Assembly: GCA_049700215.1 (NCBI GenBank)
Contig: JBNAVT010000008.1
Location: 860-64,859 of the forward strand
Origin: Thermoproteota archaeon
Lineage (GTDB): Archaea; Thermoproteota; EX4484-205; JAAOZP01
Reading direction: 5' to 3'
Length of the DNA: 64,000 nt
The position numbers and the translations under genes were made by a program. The first letter of the stretch is position 1, and every line of letters starts with the position of its first letter. Below, in pieces: positions 37,814 to 48,350 of this stretch. The notes beneath the pieces were generated by a model that searched no databases, was not told where the DNA came from, and saw nothing but the letters and a program-made list of their open reading frames with translations.

Positions 37814-38656
37814 TCAGAAGGCGCGTAGTGTCCTCATTGCTTTAATAAAGCTTTCGAAACATGAGCTGTCAAACGGGCCGTCGACCGCGCCGTCGGGCTC
37901 CATAGTCAACAATCCTCCATATCCCCAGTCGTCCTTTATCCTTTTCAAAGCCTCATAGAAACCGATGTTTGGATGATCTAAGAACCATTCTCCCTGAAAA
38001 AGCTTTCCTCGTAAATGGACATTCACCACTTTATCGATAAGCGTCTCGAAACGATTCAGCTCATCGTAGAGGACTGCCCACCGGAGGTCAAGCGTCACGT
38101 AGTCGAAAAGCCTAACTAGAGAAAAAGGCGTGTAACCCTCCAAGTGTGTTGGAATGTTTTCTACCGAAGCCTTTACATTAGGAAATTGGCGTGAAATCTC
38201 GTTGAAAGTTTTTATTACGCGGCCTAAGTCGATGCTCGTTGCCCAAGTATCCCACAGGTGGAACACGCAGACACCTGCTCCCAGCCCGCTGGCAATAAGT
38301 AAAGCATCATACGCAACCCGTTTCCCTTTCTCCCAATCGCGCTCCCGGCTTGAACAAAGATAACTGCCAACGTCCCTGCTCGCATGTACAGATAATATGG
38401 GCAGCGCCTCCCTTTTCAAAACATCCAGTATTTCCCTAGCCGTATACTTAGGAGTCTTGGTCCAATCTGCAAGATCCCCGTCAGTCAAAGGAGGATTCTC
38501 ACTATCCCATTCCGGCTCAAGCTGCAGCTCAAAACCATCCACAACCGACTCGGATAGAATCTTCTTCATCACGCCTATAGTGCCGATTAAATCGTAATAC
38601 TTCTTATCTCCAAGCCTAGCGGCCGGAGCGCTGGAAACAGAGATCAAACACTTCAT
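37814..38656 (-). CDS. Sugar phosphate isomerase/epimerase (xylose isomerase-like TIM barrel)
   Basis: SVHA, VFH, VENIP, TLD, NVHL and TMEP spacing. Confidence 0.7.
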   Translation of the reverse strand: MKCLISVSSAPAARLGDKKYYDLIGTIGVMKKILSESVVDGFELQLEPEWDSENPPLTDGDLADWTKTPKYTAREILDVLKREALPILSVHASRDVGSYLCSSRERDWEKGKRVAYDALLIASGLGAGVCVFHLWDTWATSIDLGRVIKTFNEISRQFPNVKASVENIPTHLEGYTPFSLVRLFDYVTLDLRWAVLYDELNRFETLIDKVVNVHLRGKLFQGEWFLDHPNIGFYEALKRIKDDWGYGGLLTMEPDGAVDGPFDSSCFESFIKAMRTLRAF

Positions 38657-38806
38657 GCGTTACGTCTATGCGAGGAAAATACGGTAAGACGTTAAAAACC
38701 TTACTAAAAACCACTTAGACGACGCGTTTTAAACCAAGCTTCTTGCAAGACCAGTTTATAGTAGAGATAGGCCAAGCCTCTAAAAAATGAGAAAAAACCA
38801 GCCTAC

Positions 38807-39268
38807 TCATCTAGTTGACAGTAGCCCGCATCCACTTTCTCCTGTATTTCCTCCGCCCAGTTGTCGACTCACAGCTTTGATTCGTTTCAAGCCCTCTAAC
38901 GAGGTCCCTACGTTTTGCAGCTCTTTGCAACTGTTCGTTTCAGCGCATTCTGCACAGGTCACGTAGCCTTTTTGTCTATAACATTGACGAAGAACGCAAT
39001 AGCGCGCAATCCGGGTTCCCGCCTCCAGCGACACACCCCGGGCATTCTCCGAAAAGCCTAACGAAACCGTCTAGAACCTTTTAAAACTCCGCGTAATTAT
39101 TGAAGACAGGGTCCCATTTTACCAGCTCCGACGCAATCTTGTCGAAACCATAGGCACCTATGACTTTTCTCAGGTTCTCGATGCAGGCTTTGTCTGCCCC
39201 TAGTATATTCCACAGGCTCCACAGTAAGGGTCACAATAACCCACCAGTTCCCTAGGGCTTTTACGCAA
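38807..39268 (-). pseudogene. DUF3795-like Cys-rich protein with stops and frameshifts
   Basis: GYCDPYCGACGIY*, GECPGC..GGGNPDC, KGYVTCAECAE split across frames; 10-bp insertion at about 39000. Confidence 0.75.
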
Positions 39269-39475
39269 CACTAAACACACTCAACTTGCCGTTTGACACC
39301 TAATAAGCTTTTTCAGAAAATCCGGAATTAGCGCGTGTTGATAGGGGGCTACCGCCATATTAAAACATTATTGCGAATATACGTTACTGAAAACTTTTTC
39401 AATGCGCTTAACAGACCATTTCTTACCCGATAAGTTTATATTTAAGTTTGAACTTAATATTTCGGTGATGATTAA

Positions 39476-39688
39476 TTGGTTAAAACCATAACCATTAGAG
39501 AAGAAGTCTACAGAAGGTTGCTGGCTGTTAAGCGGGAGGGTGAAAGCTTCAGCGAGCTGCTTGAAAGGCTCATCGAGGAAGCGAACCCTGTTGATGTCCT
39601 AGTAAGGCTTAGAGGCTGTGTCGAGATTAAGGACAAGGAGAAGCTTCTCTCAGAAATGTACTCATTAAGGGCTGAACGTAGAACATGA
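39476..39688 (+). CDS. vapB: VapB-type antitoxin (DUF217-like)
   Basis: KTITIREEVYRRL..KREGESFSELLERL; overlaps the PIN gene. Confidence 0.85.
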   Translation: MVKTITIREEVYRRLLAVKREGESFSELLERLIEEANPVDVLVRLRGCVEIKDKEKLLSEMYSLRAERRT

Positions 39689-40065
39689 TTATTTTAGACA
39701 CTGATATTTTAATCGAGATTTTCGACAAGAAGTCTGCAAAAGGTGAAGAGGCATTGAAGAAAATTATCGAAAAAGATGAGCCAATATGCATAACTGTCGT
39801 CAATCTTCACGAAATCCTCTATGGGTTAAGCAAATACGCTAAGCCGGTGAAGGATGTTTTAAGGCTTCCGGTTTTAAACTATAGGAAGGAAGACGCGATC
39901 CTAGCGTCTGAATTAGAACTGAAAACAGAGCGGAAGGGAAAACCTGTTCGAAGGACAGATGCTATGATAGCTGCCATGACGATCAACAATAACGCGAAAC
40001 TTTACACGTTCAATATGAAGCACTTTAGACCATTAGAAGAACACGGGTTAAAACTTCTACAGTAG
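39685..40065 (+). CDS. vapC: VapC PIN-domain toxin
   Basis: ILDTDIL...E...DAMIAA...TFNMKHF. Confidence 0.9.
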   Translation: MIILDTDILIEIFDKKSAKGEEALKKIIEKDEPICITVVNLHEILYGLSKYAKPVKDVLRLPVLNYRKEDAILASELELKTERKGKPVRRTDAMIAAMTINNNAKLYTFNMKHFRPLEEHGLKLLQ

Positions 40066-40504
40066 TTCTTTGATTGAGGGTTTATGACTAACCTTCTTTC
40101 TCAATTAAATCTAGAAGCGTTGAGGCCCACTTACTCATATCCTCCTGAATTCCACGCTTCGAAAACGAGTCTCACAGAATTACGCTGGAGAAGCTCTGAG
40201 CCTCCTGCACATAGGGAAGGGTAATAAGCTGTGACCGGGGATTTGTGTAGGGCATTTGTCACATGAATCATTAAACTCGGATTTTGAAGTGTCTTTTCGT
40301 TTTTTTGTCGCGCATTTTTACTCACGCCGCATCTTTCTCATGTAATACTTTCTTCCTTAGCGCGCGCTGGGATTAACAGTCCATGAACCGCGTTTATGAA
40401 TAAACTTCTCAGCATGTTTCACCTTTGAAAAAGAAAGGTGTTGGAAACACGCACTCCCTATGGACTAATATATTCGAACAGAATAGGAGAATAACGCGAG
40501 AGAC

Positions 40505-40830
40505 TTGTCCGGTTACCGTTGGGGCTGGCGGCGGAGAAAGGGCCCGGGAAGACCCATTAAGCCGAGAGTGATCAACGGTTTTCCGAGGGCTAACAGGTTT
40601 ATCCCAGCGTCTTTGGAGGGGACTTCCATTTCTAGCGAAGAGCGGGTTAAGATGACTATTGATGAGTATGAAGCACTGCGGCTAGTTGATTACGAGGGCT
40701 TACTGCAGGAGGAGGCGGCTCAGAGGATGGGTGTTTCATGGAGCACTGTGGCGGTGTTTAAGTAGTGCGCGGAAAAAGGTGGCAACTATGCTTGCCGAGG
40801 GGCGGAGCTAGTTATCGCATCGAATGACAC
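40505..40830 (+). pseudogene. DUF134 HTH protein, frameshifted
   Basis: GRPIKPR and EYEALRLVDYEGLLQEEAAQRMGVS; SARKKVA continues in another frame. Confidence 0.8.
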
Positions 40831-40919
40831 GTAGCCTCCTTGGGTGAGCTTTTTAGGGAATTTTGTGCAAAGGCAAAATTTATATATGTGCAATTGCACG
40901 AAATAATTGGTGATGGAAG

Positions 40920-41117
40920 ATGGGACGGAGGGGCCCATGGCCTGGAGGGGGGCCGTTCAGTTTCCTGCCACCGTGGCAGAGGCCTGGCTGGTGGTGGTTC
41001 GGCAGGGGTGCGTGCTGGTGGCTATTTAACCCGTATACCGCGGTCACACCGTACTATTATCCACCGTATAGCCCGTACTATGGAAGAGGATACTATTACC
41101 CGTATGCTTGGAGGTGA
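40920..41117 (+). CDS. Small Trp/Gly/Pro/Tyr-rich protein
   Basis: GRRGPWPGGGPFSFLPPWQRPGWWWFGRG; GGTGA RBS-like element upstream. Confidence 0.7.
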   Translation: MGRRGPWPGGGPFSFLPPWQRPGWWWFGRGACWWLFNPYTAVTPYYYPPYSPYYGRGYYYPYAWR

Positions 41118-41123
41118 TTAAAA

Positions 41124-41609
41124 ATGGGGTATAGATGGAGGAGAATGTACTATCTGACGGGGCTGCCTGGCTGGATGAGGTTCGGCTATTCACCAGGATG
41201 GGTAGGCAGATCGCCTACAGGTCTTCCGCCGACAGCGGAATGGATTATTTCAAGCGGCCTAATGCCGCAATACAGGCAGTATCTCTCAGGCAAGCGTGCG
41301 TCGCAAATTCCGTTGTACACGCCTGGGGCTCCTGTAAGCAAGGAGGATGAGATCCGGATGCTGGAGGAGCAGGCTAAATCCATTGAAATACAACTTGAAG
41401 CAACGAGAAAGAGGCTGGAAGATTTGAAGAAGAGTCCTTCGGTTGAAGAGTCTCAAACTTATTACCCGCTGCCTTTCATGGGGCCGTCACCCCGGGAAGA
41501 ACTGGCTCAGCTCGAGGACTATAGAAGGCACTTGGATGAGGAGGTTAAAGGCGTTGAAACGAGGATCGAGGAGCTGAGGAAGCTCCTAGAAAAAGAACAA
41601 TCTAAGTAG
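41124..41609 (+). CDS. DUF5320-like protein with two coiled-coil repeats
   Basis: YYLTGLPGWMRFG and two (S/P)xExE..LE heptad modules. Confidence 0.75.
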   Translation: MGYRWRRMYYLTGLPGWMRFGYSPGWVGRSPTGLPPTAEWIISSGLMPQYRQYLSGKRASQIPLYTPGAPVSKEDEIRMLEEQAKSIEIQLEATRKRLEDLKKSPSVEESQTYYPLPFMGPSPREELAQLEDYRRHLDEEVKGVETRIEELRKLLEKEQSK

Positions 41610-41622
41610 GAGGTGAACATGT

Positions 41623-41865
41623 TTGCCATACGGCATGGGACCGTGGGGTTGGTTCACATACCCGTATTGGGCTTGGTGGAGGTGCAGATGGTTCCCCTGG
41701 CTCCCGAGATGGTGGTGGATGGGAATATATGGTCCAATAACACCCTACTGGATGCCTCCGATGTCGAGGGAAGATGAAATAGCGATGCTACAGGAAGAGG
41801 CGAGGATACTCGAGCAGGAGCTGGACGCGATTAGGAAGAGGCTTGAAGAACTCGGGAAACAGTGA
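41623..41865 (+). CDS. DUF5320-like Trp-rich protein
   Basis: RCRWFPWLPRWWW plus SREDEIAMLQEEARILEQELDAIRKRLEEL. Confidence 0.75.
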   Translation: MPYGMGPWGWFTYPYWAWWRCRWFPWLPRWWWMGIYGPITPYWMPPMSREDEIAMLQEEARILEQELDAIRKRLEELGKQ

Positions 41866-41871
41866 CATGAG

Positions 41872-42468
41872 ATGAAGGTAGCAGTGTCCGCGGCCGGTGG
41901 AAGCCTGGATTCTCCGGTTGACCCCAGGTTTGGCCGATGCCAGTATTTTGTCATCGTTGACATGGAAACAATGTCGTTTGAAGCTATTCCAAATACGAGT
42001 ACGGGGTTGATGGGTGGTGCGGGGATTCAAGCAGCACAAGAGATAGCAGGCAGAGGTGTTGAGGCAGTGATAACTGGGAACGTTGGTCCGAACGCATATC
42101 AAGTACTTTCTTCCGCAGGGATCAGGATCTTGATAGGAGCATCCGGAACAGTAAGAGAGGCTGTTGAAATGTTCAAAAGAGGGCAACTCCAAGATGCTGC
42201 TGCATTAGGCCCTCCTGAGTTCGGAGCAGGCCCAGGTAGGGGCAGAGGGTTTGGAACCGGAATGGGTAGAGGCATGGGGCGCTTCTTCCCCCCACCTTAT
42301 CAACAAGCACCTGTGAGCCGACAGACGCAAGCTGCATCCATGTCTAGAGAAGAAGAGATACTGATGTTAGAGAGGCAAATGGATTCCTTGCAACAGCAAC
42401 TGAATCAAGTAAGGAAGAGGCTTAAAGAGCTGAAGGGTGCAGACCAAGAATCTTCAAAATCCGAGTGA
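41872..42468 (+). CDS. NifB/NifX family Fe-Mo cofactor-binding protein with GRG-rich/coiled-coil tail
   Basis: VDPRFGRC, GAGIQAA, GNVGPNA; tail GRGRGFG...SREEEILML. Confidence 0.88.
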   Translation: MKVAVSAAGGSLDSPVDPRFGRCQYFVIVDMETMSFEAIPNTSTGLMGGAGIQAAQEIAGRGVEAVITGNVGPNAYQVLSSAGIRILIGASGTVREAVEMFKRGQLQDAAALGPPEFGAGPGRGRGFGTGMGRGMGRFFPPPYQQAPVSRQTQAASMSREEEILMLERQMDSLQQQLNQVRKRLKELKGADQESSKSE

Positions 42469-42479
42469 GGGATGAGGAT

Positions 42480-42824
42480 ATGAGTAGGCTTAGAATCGCG
42501 ATCTCAACGAAAGGGGAGAAGGGTTTAGAGGACGAGGTTTCAGAAGTGTTTGGTAGAACAAATACTGTCACAATCGTGGACATGGTAAACGGAGAAGTGA
42601 AGAACGTGCAGGTGCTTAAGAATCCGGCTGCATCCTTCAAGTTCGGCGCCGGCCCTATTCTGGTCAAGACCCTAATAGATATGGATGTAAATGTCGTGGT
42701 ATCAGGTGAACTTGGTCCAAGTGCTTCAGAGTTGATTGAAGACCATAAGATATCCAAAGTCATCGTAAAGCCAGGCACGCCAGTGAAAGAAGCCATTAAA
42801 ACTATTGAGTTACAGTTAAGCTGA
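42480..42824 (+). CDS. NifB/NifX family protein
   Basis: RIAIST..VSEVFGR...GAG...GELGPSA. Confidence 0.85.
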   Translation: MSRLRIAISTKGEKGLEDEVSEVFGRTNTVTIVDMVNGEVKNVQVLKNPAASFKFGAGPILVKTLIDMDVNVVVSGELGPSASELIEDHKISKVIVKPGTPVKEAIKTIELQLS

Positions 42825-42857
42825 GATACATTAAATAATTCGCAAACTACACAAGGC

Positions 42858-43395
42858 TTGGCGTCAAAAACAGGATCTTCTTCGGTGCTCGAAACATTAA
42901 CTTTTGGTCCTGTTCCATCTCCTGTTCCATCAAGACGATTAGGTAGGAGTTTGGGAGTGAATAACATTCCACTGAAAAAATGCACGTATTCATGCGTCTA
43001 CTGCCAATTGGGGAAAACTAGGAATACAACCACCGAAAGGAGGATCTTTCATGAAACAGAGGAGATTTTCCAAGCTGTGAAAAGAAAAGTCGATGAAGCA
43101 ATGCTAAGGAACGAAAAGATCGATTATTTGTCTTTCGTCCCGGATGGGGAGCCAACGCTGGAGCTTGAATTGGGCGAGCAGATTTCAGTCCTTAGGGTGC
43201 TTAACATTCCGATAGCTATCTTGACCAATGCTTCACTGGTATGGAAGGAACCTGTTAGGAAAGATTTAAGCGCGCTCTCTAAAGAAGGTGAATGCAGATT
43301 GGCAAATCATCGAGAAACTCTTACAAAGAGGTAAGCTTAGAGAGCTTGAATATGAAAATAATACATACTATATGAGAAGATTATCATTAGAATAA
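42858..43395 (+). pseudogene. Radical SAM protein with large internal deletion
   Basis: GPVPSRRLGRSLG, CTYSCVYC and DGEPTL, then an abrupt out-of-frame join at 43269-43276 to a C-terminal tail (ADWQIIEKLL...YYMRRL). Confidence 0.8.
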
Positions 43396-43565
43396 AAAGC
43401 AAGACGCTGAATATGCACAAAAGGGATTGTTCTATTGAGGTTTATGAGAAGATAAGTGATTAAGGTAAATGAATTTTTAAGCCTCATATTGGGCTTAGTC
43501 TTTCATTTGATTGTTCTTCAATGAATTCACAGTGTTTAGAGGTACGTGCTGTGGAGGCAGGAAAA

Positions 43566-43984
43566 CTAAACTCTTTTTAGCTCATTTGCTCGAGCCTTTA
43601 CACGTTCGATCATTATGCAGACGTCATATATTACATCAATACTGTTTTCTTCGCAAAATTTGATGCTTTTTTCGATCCCGAGCCTGGTTGCATCCAAACC
43701 TTCGTGATCCCGAGTTTTCTGCAGGTTTCAACTATCTTTTCTGTTACTTCTGGAGGAACTACAATATTAACAATGTCTGGTTTTACTGGTAGGCTCCCAA
43801 GATTTGGATAACATTTATTGCCTAAGTTCTCATCTGCATTCGGGTTTACGGCGTAAACTTCGTACCCAGCATTCTTCAAATCTTTATACACTTGATGACC
43901 ATATTTCTTGGGATCACGGCTCACACCGACAACAGCGAAAACGTTTTTCTTACTCAGAAACACCCTTATTAATTCTTCACTCAT
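43566..43984 (-). pseudogene. CoA-binding protein, 3' frameshift
   Basis: AVVGVSRDPKKYG, VNP, WMQPG; the FCEENSIDVIYDVCIM tail is in another frame. Confidence 0.8.
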
Positions 43985-44039
43985 ATTCGTGCTCCTACTT
44001 ACTATTCGTTTTATGTATTTCTCTTTACAGTCAATCTCA

Positions 44040-44483
44040 TTAACCCTGAAGATAGCGTGTTATTCTTGGCTCCAACATTCGTCTAGGCATTGCGCCGACG
44101 ATCCTATCTACAAGTTTTCCGTTTTTAAACACCAACAGTGTCGGGATACTCACTATTTCATACTGTGCGCTAGCTTCTGGATTCTCATCCACGTTCAGCT
44201 TTCCAAATAGGATTTTCCCGGAATAATCTCGTGCTAGCCCCTCTATAATAGGTGCAATCATATGGCACGGGCCACACCAAGGCGCCCAACAATCAACAAC
44301 CACCAGCGAATGATTCTAAATCGTTTCCTTAAAGTTTGCATCAGTCATCTTAACAGGTTCTTTCAAGGATGTTTCTTGGTTTTCAAGAGCCTCTTGGTTA
44401 TGCCTATTATAGGCTCTCTTCATAATTTCTCGCATTTTTGCTTGCTTGATTCTTTCAAGCTCTGCGTCTTCATTTTTCTCCAT
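44040..44483 (-). pseudogene. trxA: Thioredoxin with one in-frame TAG (44316-44318)
   Basis: WAPWCGPC; upstream in-frame ELERIKQAKMRE...TDANFKETI* from ATG 44483. Confidence 0.8.
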
Positions 44484-44638
44484 CTAGAATACTGCGGGTC
44501 ACACATAAAATACTAGTATAAAAATCTTAAGGAAAAATAAAACCCATACCATCTTCAATGCGGGCTAAATCGTCTATCTGCCTAATTGCTATAGATTGTA
44601 CCTTACGCAGCTCCCCATCATTTGACCAAAAGCCTCGT

Positions 44639-45268
44639 CTATCTCTTAATGGTCTTTACACACAGAAAACTTCCTTGATGCGGATCATTCTTCGGGTCTT
44701 CTACAACAGGGGTGGACGAAGGCGGATAGGTTAGAGTCGATTTATAATCTACAATTTTAAAACTATGCTTTTCGAGTAGTTCTTCAAGTTCCAGTAAACT
44801 ATAGAAACGTGCATAACGGTAGAAGCGATGACCCTGTTTAGCCTTCTCAACATAAAGCTGACCCCAAGATGAATCCCTGACGATGATACACACCGCTAGA
44901 ACGCCACTAGGTTTCAAAATCCTATAAATCTCTTTCAAGACTGTTTCCGGGTCATCGAGAAAACACAAAGTAACCGTCATCAAAACATAATCAAACATTT
45001 TGTCTGGAAACGGTAAAAACTCCGCTAAGGCTCTGATAACTTGTATGCCTCGTTTCACAGCGGTTCTTAGCATCTGATTGGAAACGTCTATTCCTATTTG
45101 CACTTTCGTTGAGGAAGCGAAAATACCGGTACCAACACCTATATCGAGCCCTAACCCTTTAAGATCAAGGGCCTTAATTGCCCGTATTTCTGACTCAAGA
45201 ACTTCGGAGTGCTGAGAATACCAAGAATCATAATCTTCTGAAAATTGCTCAAACACTCTATATGACAT
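44639..45268 (-). CDS. Class I SAM-dependent methyltransferase
   Basis: LDIGVGTG and AEFLPFPDKMFD. Confidence 0.9.
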   Translation of the reverse strand: MSYRVFEQFSEDYDSWYSQHSEVLESEIRAIKALDLKGLGLDIGVGTGIFASSTKVQIGIDVSNQMLRTAVKRGIQVIRALAEFLPFPDKMFDYVLMTVTLCFLDDPETVLKEIYRILKPSGVLAVCIIVRDSSWGQLYVEKAKQGHRFYRYARFYSLLELEELLEKHSFKIVDYKSTLTYPPSSTPVVEDPKNDPHQGSFLCVKTIKR

Positions 45269-45508
45269 TCAACACTCTAAAATAAAGTGTCCAATATAAA
45301 GGTTTTGAACTTCTCTACCTTTTAACCTATGCTAGAAGGGCCATTGCAACCCCTCCTTTCAAATCATGTGAGGAAATCTCTGTCCGTTGTTTCCACCATG
45401 CTTAAGCTTTTCACAAGTCTCCGCGAGTTCAAGGTGAAAAATTAAAAATCTTGAGATGCTCTTGGTAAGAAAAAAACTTAAATATTACAAGCCTGATACT
45501 GGCGCGCT

Positions 45509-46864
45509 ATGAAAAATGAGAATAAGTATGACATAGTGATCATCGGTGGCAGCGCAAGTGGATTTACAGCGGCATATACAGCTAAAGTGATTTATAAAGA
45601 CAAGTCCATTCTTCTTATAAAGAACGAAAGTAAAACGCTTATACCATGTGCGATACCATACTTAGCTGCTACATTAGAAAGTTGTGATAAGGATTTAATG
45701 CCATATGCGCTTCTATCCAATCAAGGAGTAAAGGTTGTGATTGACGATGTTGTTGATGTTGATAGAAATAATAAAAAAGTTGTTACTGCTTCTGGGAATT
45801 CTTATGAGTATGATAAACTAATTTTGGCTACTGGATCTTTGCCCTTCGTTCCATCTTCAATAGAAGGTACGAGCCTAAAGAATGTATTTAAAGTTTCAAA
45901 GAGATATGAAGAAGTTGAAGCTTTGCAAAAAGCATTACGAGGTGCAAATAAGATTGTTATAATTGGTGGTGGTTTCATAGGAGTAGAGCTTGCTGATGAT
46001 CTATCAAACCTTAAGAAGGATGTTACCATAGTAGAGATGCTCCCGCATTGTTTACTCTTAAATTTTGATGAGGAATTTGCAATCAAAGCAGAAGACGAGT
46101 TGAAACGGAAAGGAATAAAAGTAATAACTGGTAGAACAGTTAAAAAGATTTATGGCAAAGAGGAAGCAGAATGGGTGGAGCTTGAGGGTGGAGAGAAGAT
46201 AGATGCAGACTTGGTTGTATTTTCAGTTGGTTATCGTCCAAATATTGAATTGGCTAAAAAAATTGGCTTGAAAATTGGATACTATGGTATTCTTGTTGAC
46301 GAGTTTATGAGAACGAGCGACCCTAATATATTCGCAATTGGGGACGTGACTGAAAAAAGACATTTCTTTTTGGGGAAAACTGTGTCGATCATGCTGGCTT
46401 CAATTGCCTGTCAAGAAGCGAGAGTTGCTGTTGTGAATTTATATGGTGTAAAAGTAAGTAAAAAGATGAGTGGCCAGGTTGGAGCTTTTTCAACGAAAGT
46501 TGGAGATTTAGCATTAGTGTGCATTGGCGTTACTGAAAGCCTAGCTAAAAAGGAGAATATCGAATACATTGTTGGAAGGTCGAAGGTTGTCAATAGACAT
46601 CCTGCTTACTTACCCGGTGCAAGCGAAACAGAACTAAAGCTAATGTTCCTAAAGGATGGGACTCTTATTGGAGCACAGGCTTCTTGTGTATGCGATGAAG
46701 TTGCAGAGCTTGTTAATGCCATTGCGATAGCAATTCAGAATAAGATGAAAATCGACGAAATCATTACAATGCAGTATGGGAGCCATCCAAGGTTATCAGC
46801 ATCTCCAGTAGTAAATCCAGTTATAATGGCAGCTCTAGATGCATATAGACAATTTCAACTTTAG
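45509..46864 (+). CDS. FAD-dependent pyridine nucleotide-disulfide oxidoreductase (NADH oxidase/CoA-disulfide reductase family)
   Basis: IIGGSASG, redox Cys in IPCAIPY, ATGS, GGGFIG, TSDPNIFAIGD. Confidence 0.92.
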   Translation: MKNENKYDIVIIGGSASGFTAAYTAKVIYKDKSILLIKNESKTLIPCAIPYLAATLESCDKDLMPYALLSNQGVKVVIDDVVDVDRNNKKVVTASGNSYEYDKLILATGSLPFVPSSIEGTSLKNVFKVSKRYEEVEALQKALRGANKIVIIGGGFIGVELADDLSNLKKDVTIVEMLPHCLLLNFDEEFAIKAEDELKRKGIKVITGRTVKKIYGKEEAEWVELEGGEKIDADLVVFSVGYRPNIELAKKIGLKIGYYGILVDEFMRTSDPNIFAIGDVTEKRHFFLGKTVSIMLASIACQEARVAVVNLYGVKVSKKMSGQVGAFSTKVGDLALVCIGVTESLAKKENIEYIVGRSKVVNRHPAYLPGASETELKLMFLKDGTLIGAQASCVCDEVAELVNAIAIAIQNKMKIDEIITMQYGSHPRLSASPVVNPVIMAALDAYRQFQL

Positions 46865-46896
46865 TTTACTACCAATTATAGCGTGCACTAAGGAGG

Positions 46897-47442
46897 CTAG
46901 GGCAGATGAATACGTTTAACTATTTTCAAAATATGCTCTCCCAGCATTCGCGCTTCTTTTAAGGCTTCCTCGTTCTCTCAAAATATCGCCTTTTCGGAAC
47001 GCGTAACCTGAGCATCCAGGAACCTTTATTACTCTCAATCTGTCCAGATACTCATCCATCTCGTTTATAGCACCTCCGATATTTCTTCTTCCGATAACAA
47101 CCCAAGTCCCGATCTTATTTTCAAGCTGCCCTTTTCGTAAATACCATGTTCTTTCCATGAAAGCTCTCATGCGTGATGTTACGCCTCCCATATATGATGG
47201 GCTAGCCAAAATGATGACACTTGCTTCCTTAATCTTTGGGCACAGCTTTCGCATATCATCTTTAATTATGCATTCGTAACTCTCTTCGCAGAAACAGCAT
47301 CCTTCGCACGGCCTGATATCATAGTTTTTTAAGAAAATTATTTCTGTTTTCAATTCCTTCCTTAAAACTCTTAAATTGCTTCCAATAAATAAGCCGTGTT
47401 TCCATCTTCATGTGGAGAACCAAGAATCCCAATTGCTTTCAT
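46897..47442 (-). pseudogene. Iron-sulfur flavoprotein/flavodoxin family, two frameshifts
   Basis: MKAIGILGSPHEDGNT start, PCEGCCFC..C..KDD and SPSYMG; both ends out of frame. Confidence 0.8.
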
Positions 47443-47489
47443 TTCCTTATGTTGAACATCTATATTGTTTTTGCAACACGTGCTCCCGC

Positions 47490-48350
47490 TTATCCTATAA
47501 CTTCCTCCATTATGTTCCAGATCTGCTTTATTGCCCTGCTAATGTCGCTATCCGTAGCATAGTCGATCACCGGCAATCCATTGACTATAGCATCTACTGC
47601 AGCCTTGTCAAACGGTATTAGCCCAGCAACATCAACAGCATTCCGTCTACAATAATTCAGGATTTCCTCAGTATTCTTCTCATTAACGTCATACATGTTT
47701 ACGATAACAATCGGTTTAATTCTAAAATGATTAATAACTCGTATTAACCTCTCCAAGTCGTGAATCCCCGACATAGTCGGCTCAGCCACAGCGATCGCGA
47801 TATCTATGCCTGTCATCGTTGCGAATAGCGGGCAGCCTAATCCAGGTGGGCCGTCGATTAGAATCAAGTCAGCATTTTCTTCTTCAGCAATTCGTTTTGC
47901 CTTATTCCTAACCATTGTCACGAGCTTTCCCGAGTTTGATTCAGTAGCATTCAGTTTTGCATGAACCATTGGGCCATACTTAGTCTTTGAAGTAAACATG
48001 TACCCAGATATCTTTTCATGCGTTTTTATCGCGTTTACGGGGCACACATGATAACATACAGCGCAGCCTTCACATAAGAACGGTTCAATTCGGAGATTCT
48101 TAATAGCATTAAACCTGCAATGAGACTCGCATAACCCACACCTTATACATTTGCTTTCATCGATCTCATATAGCTTGGAGCCGTGAAACTCTCTGCTCGA
48201 CATGATTTCCGGTTTCAACAGTAAGTGTAGCATAGCTGAATCGACATCGCAATCCGCGATTACTTTATTCTTTGCCAAGCATGAAAAGCTTGCAGCTATA
48301 GTGGTTTTGCCGGTTCCGCCTTTCCCGCTGACAATCGCAACCTGCTTCAT
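47490..48350 (-). CDS. MinD-superfamily P-loop ATPase with inserted ferredoxin domain
   Basis: SGKGGTGKT, CIRCGLC, CEGCAVC, DGPPGLGCP. Confidence 0.92.
   Translation of the reverse strand: MKQVAIVSGKGGTGKTTIAASFSCLAKNKVIADCDVDSAMLHLLLKPEIMSSREFHGSKLYEIDESKCIRCGLCESHCRFNAIKNLRIEPFLCEGCAVCYHVCPVNAIKTHEKISGYMFTSKTKYGPMVHAKLNATESNSGKLVTMVRNKAKRIAEEENADLILIDGPPGLGCPLFATMTGIDIAIAVAEPTMSGIHDLERLIRVINHFRIKPIVIVNMYDVNEKNTEEILNYCRRNAVDVAGLIPFDKAAVDAIVNGLPVIDYATDSDISRAIKQIWNIMEEVIG

Noticed and set aside
42909..42932. 12-bp tandem duplication CCTGTTCCATC(T/A)
   Set aside because: Local slippage in an already inactivated radical SAM gene.
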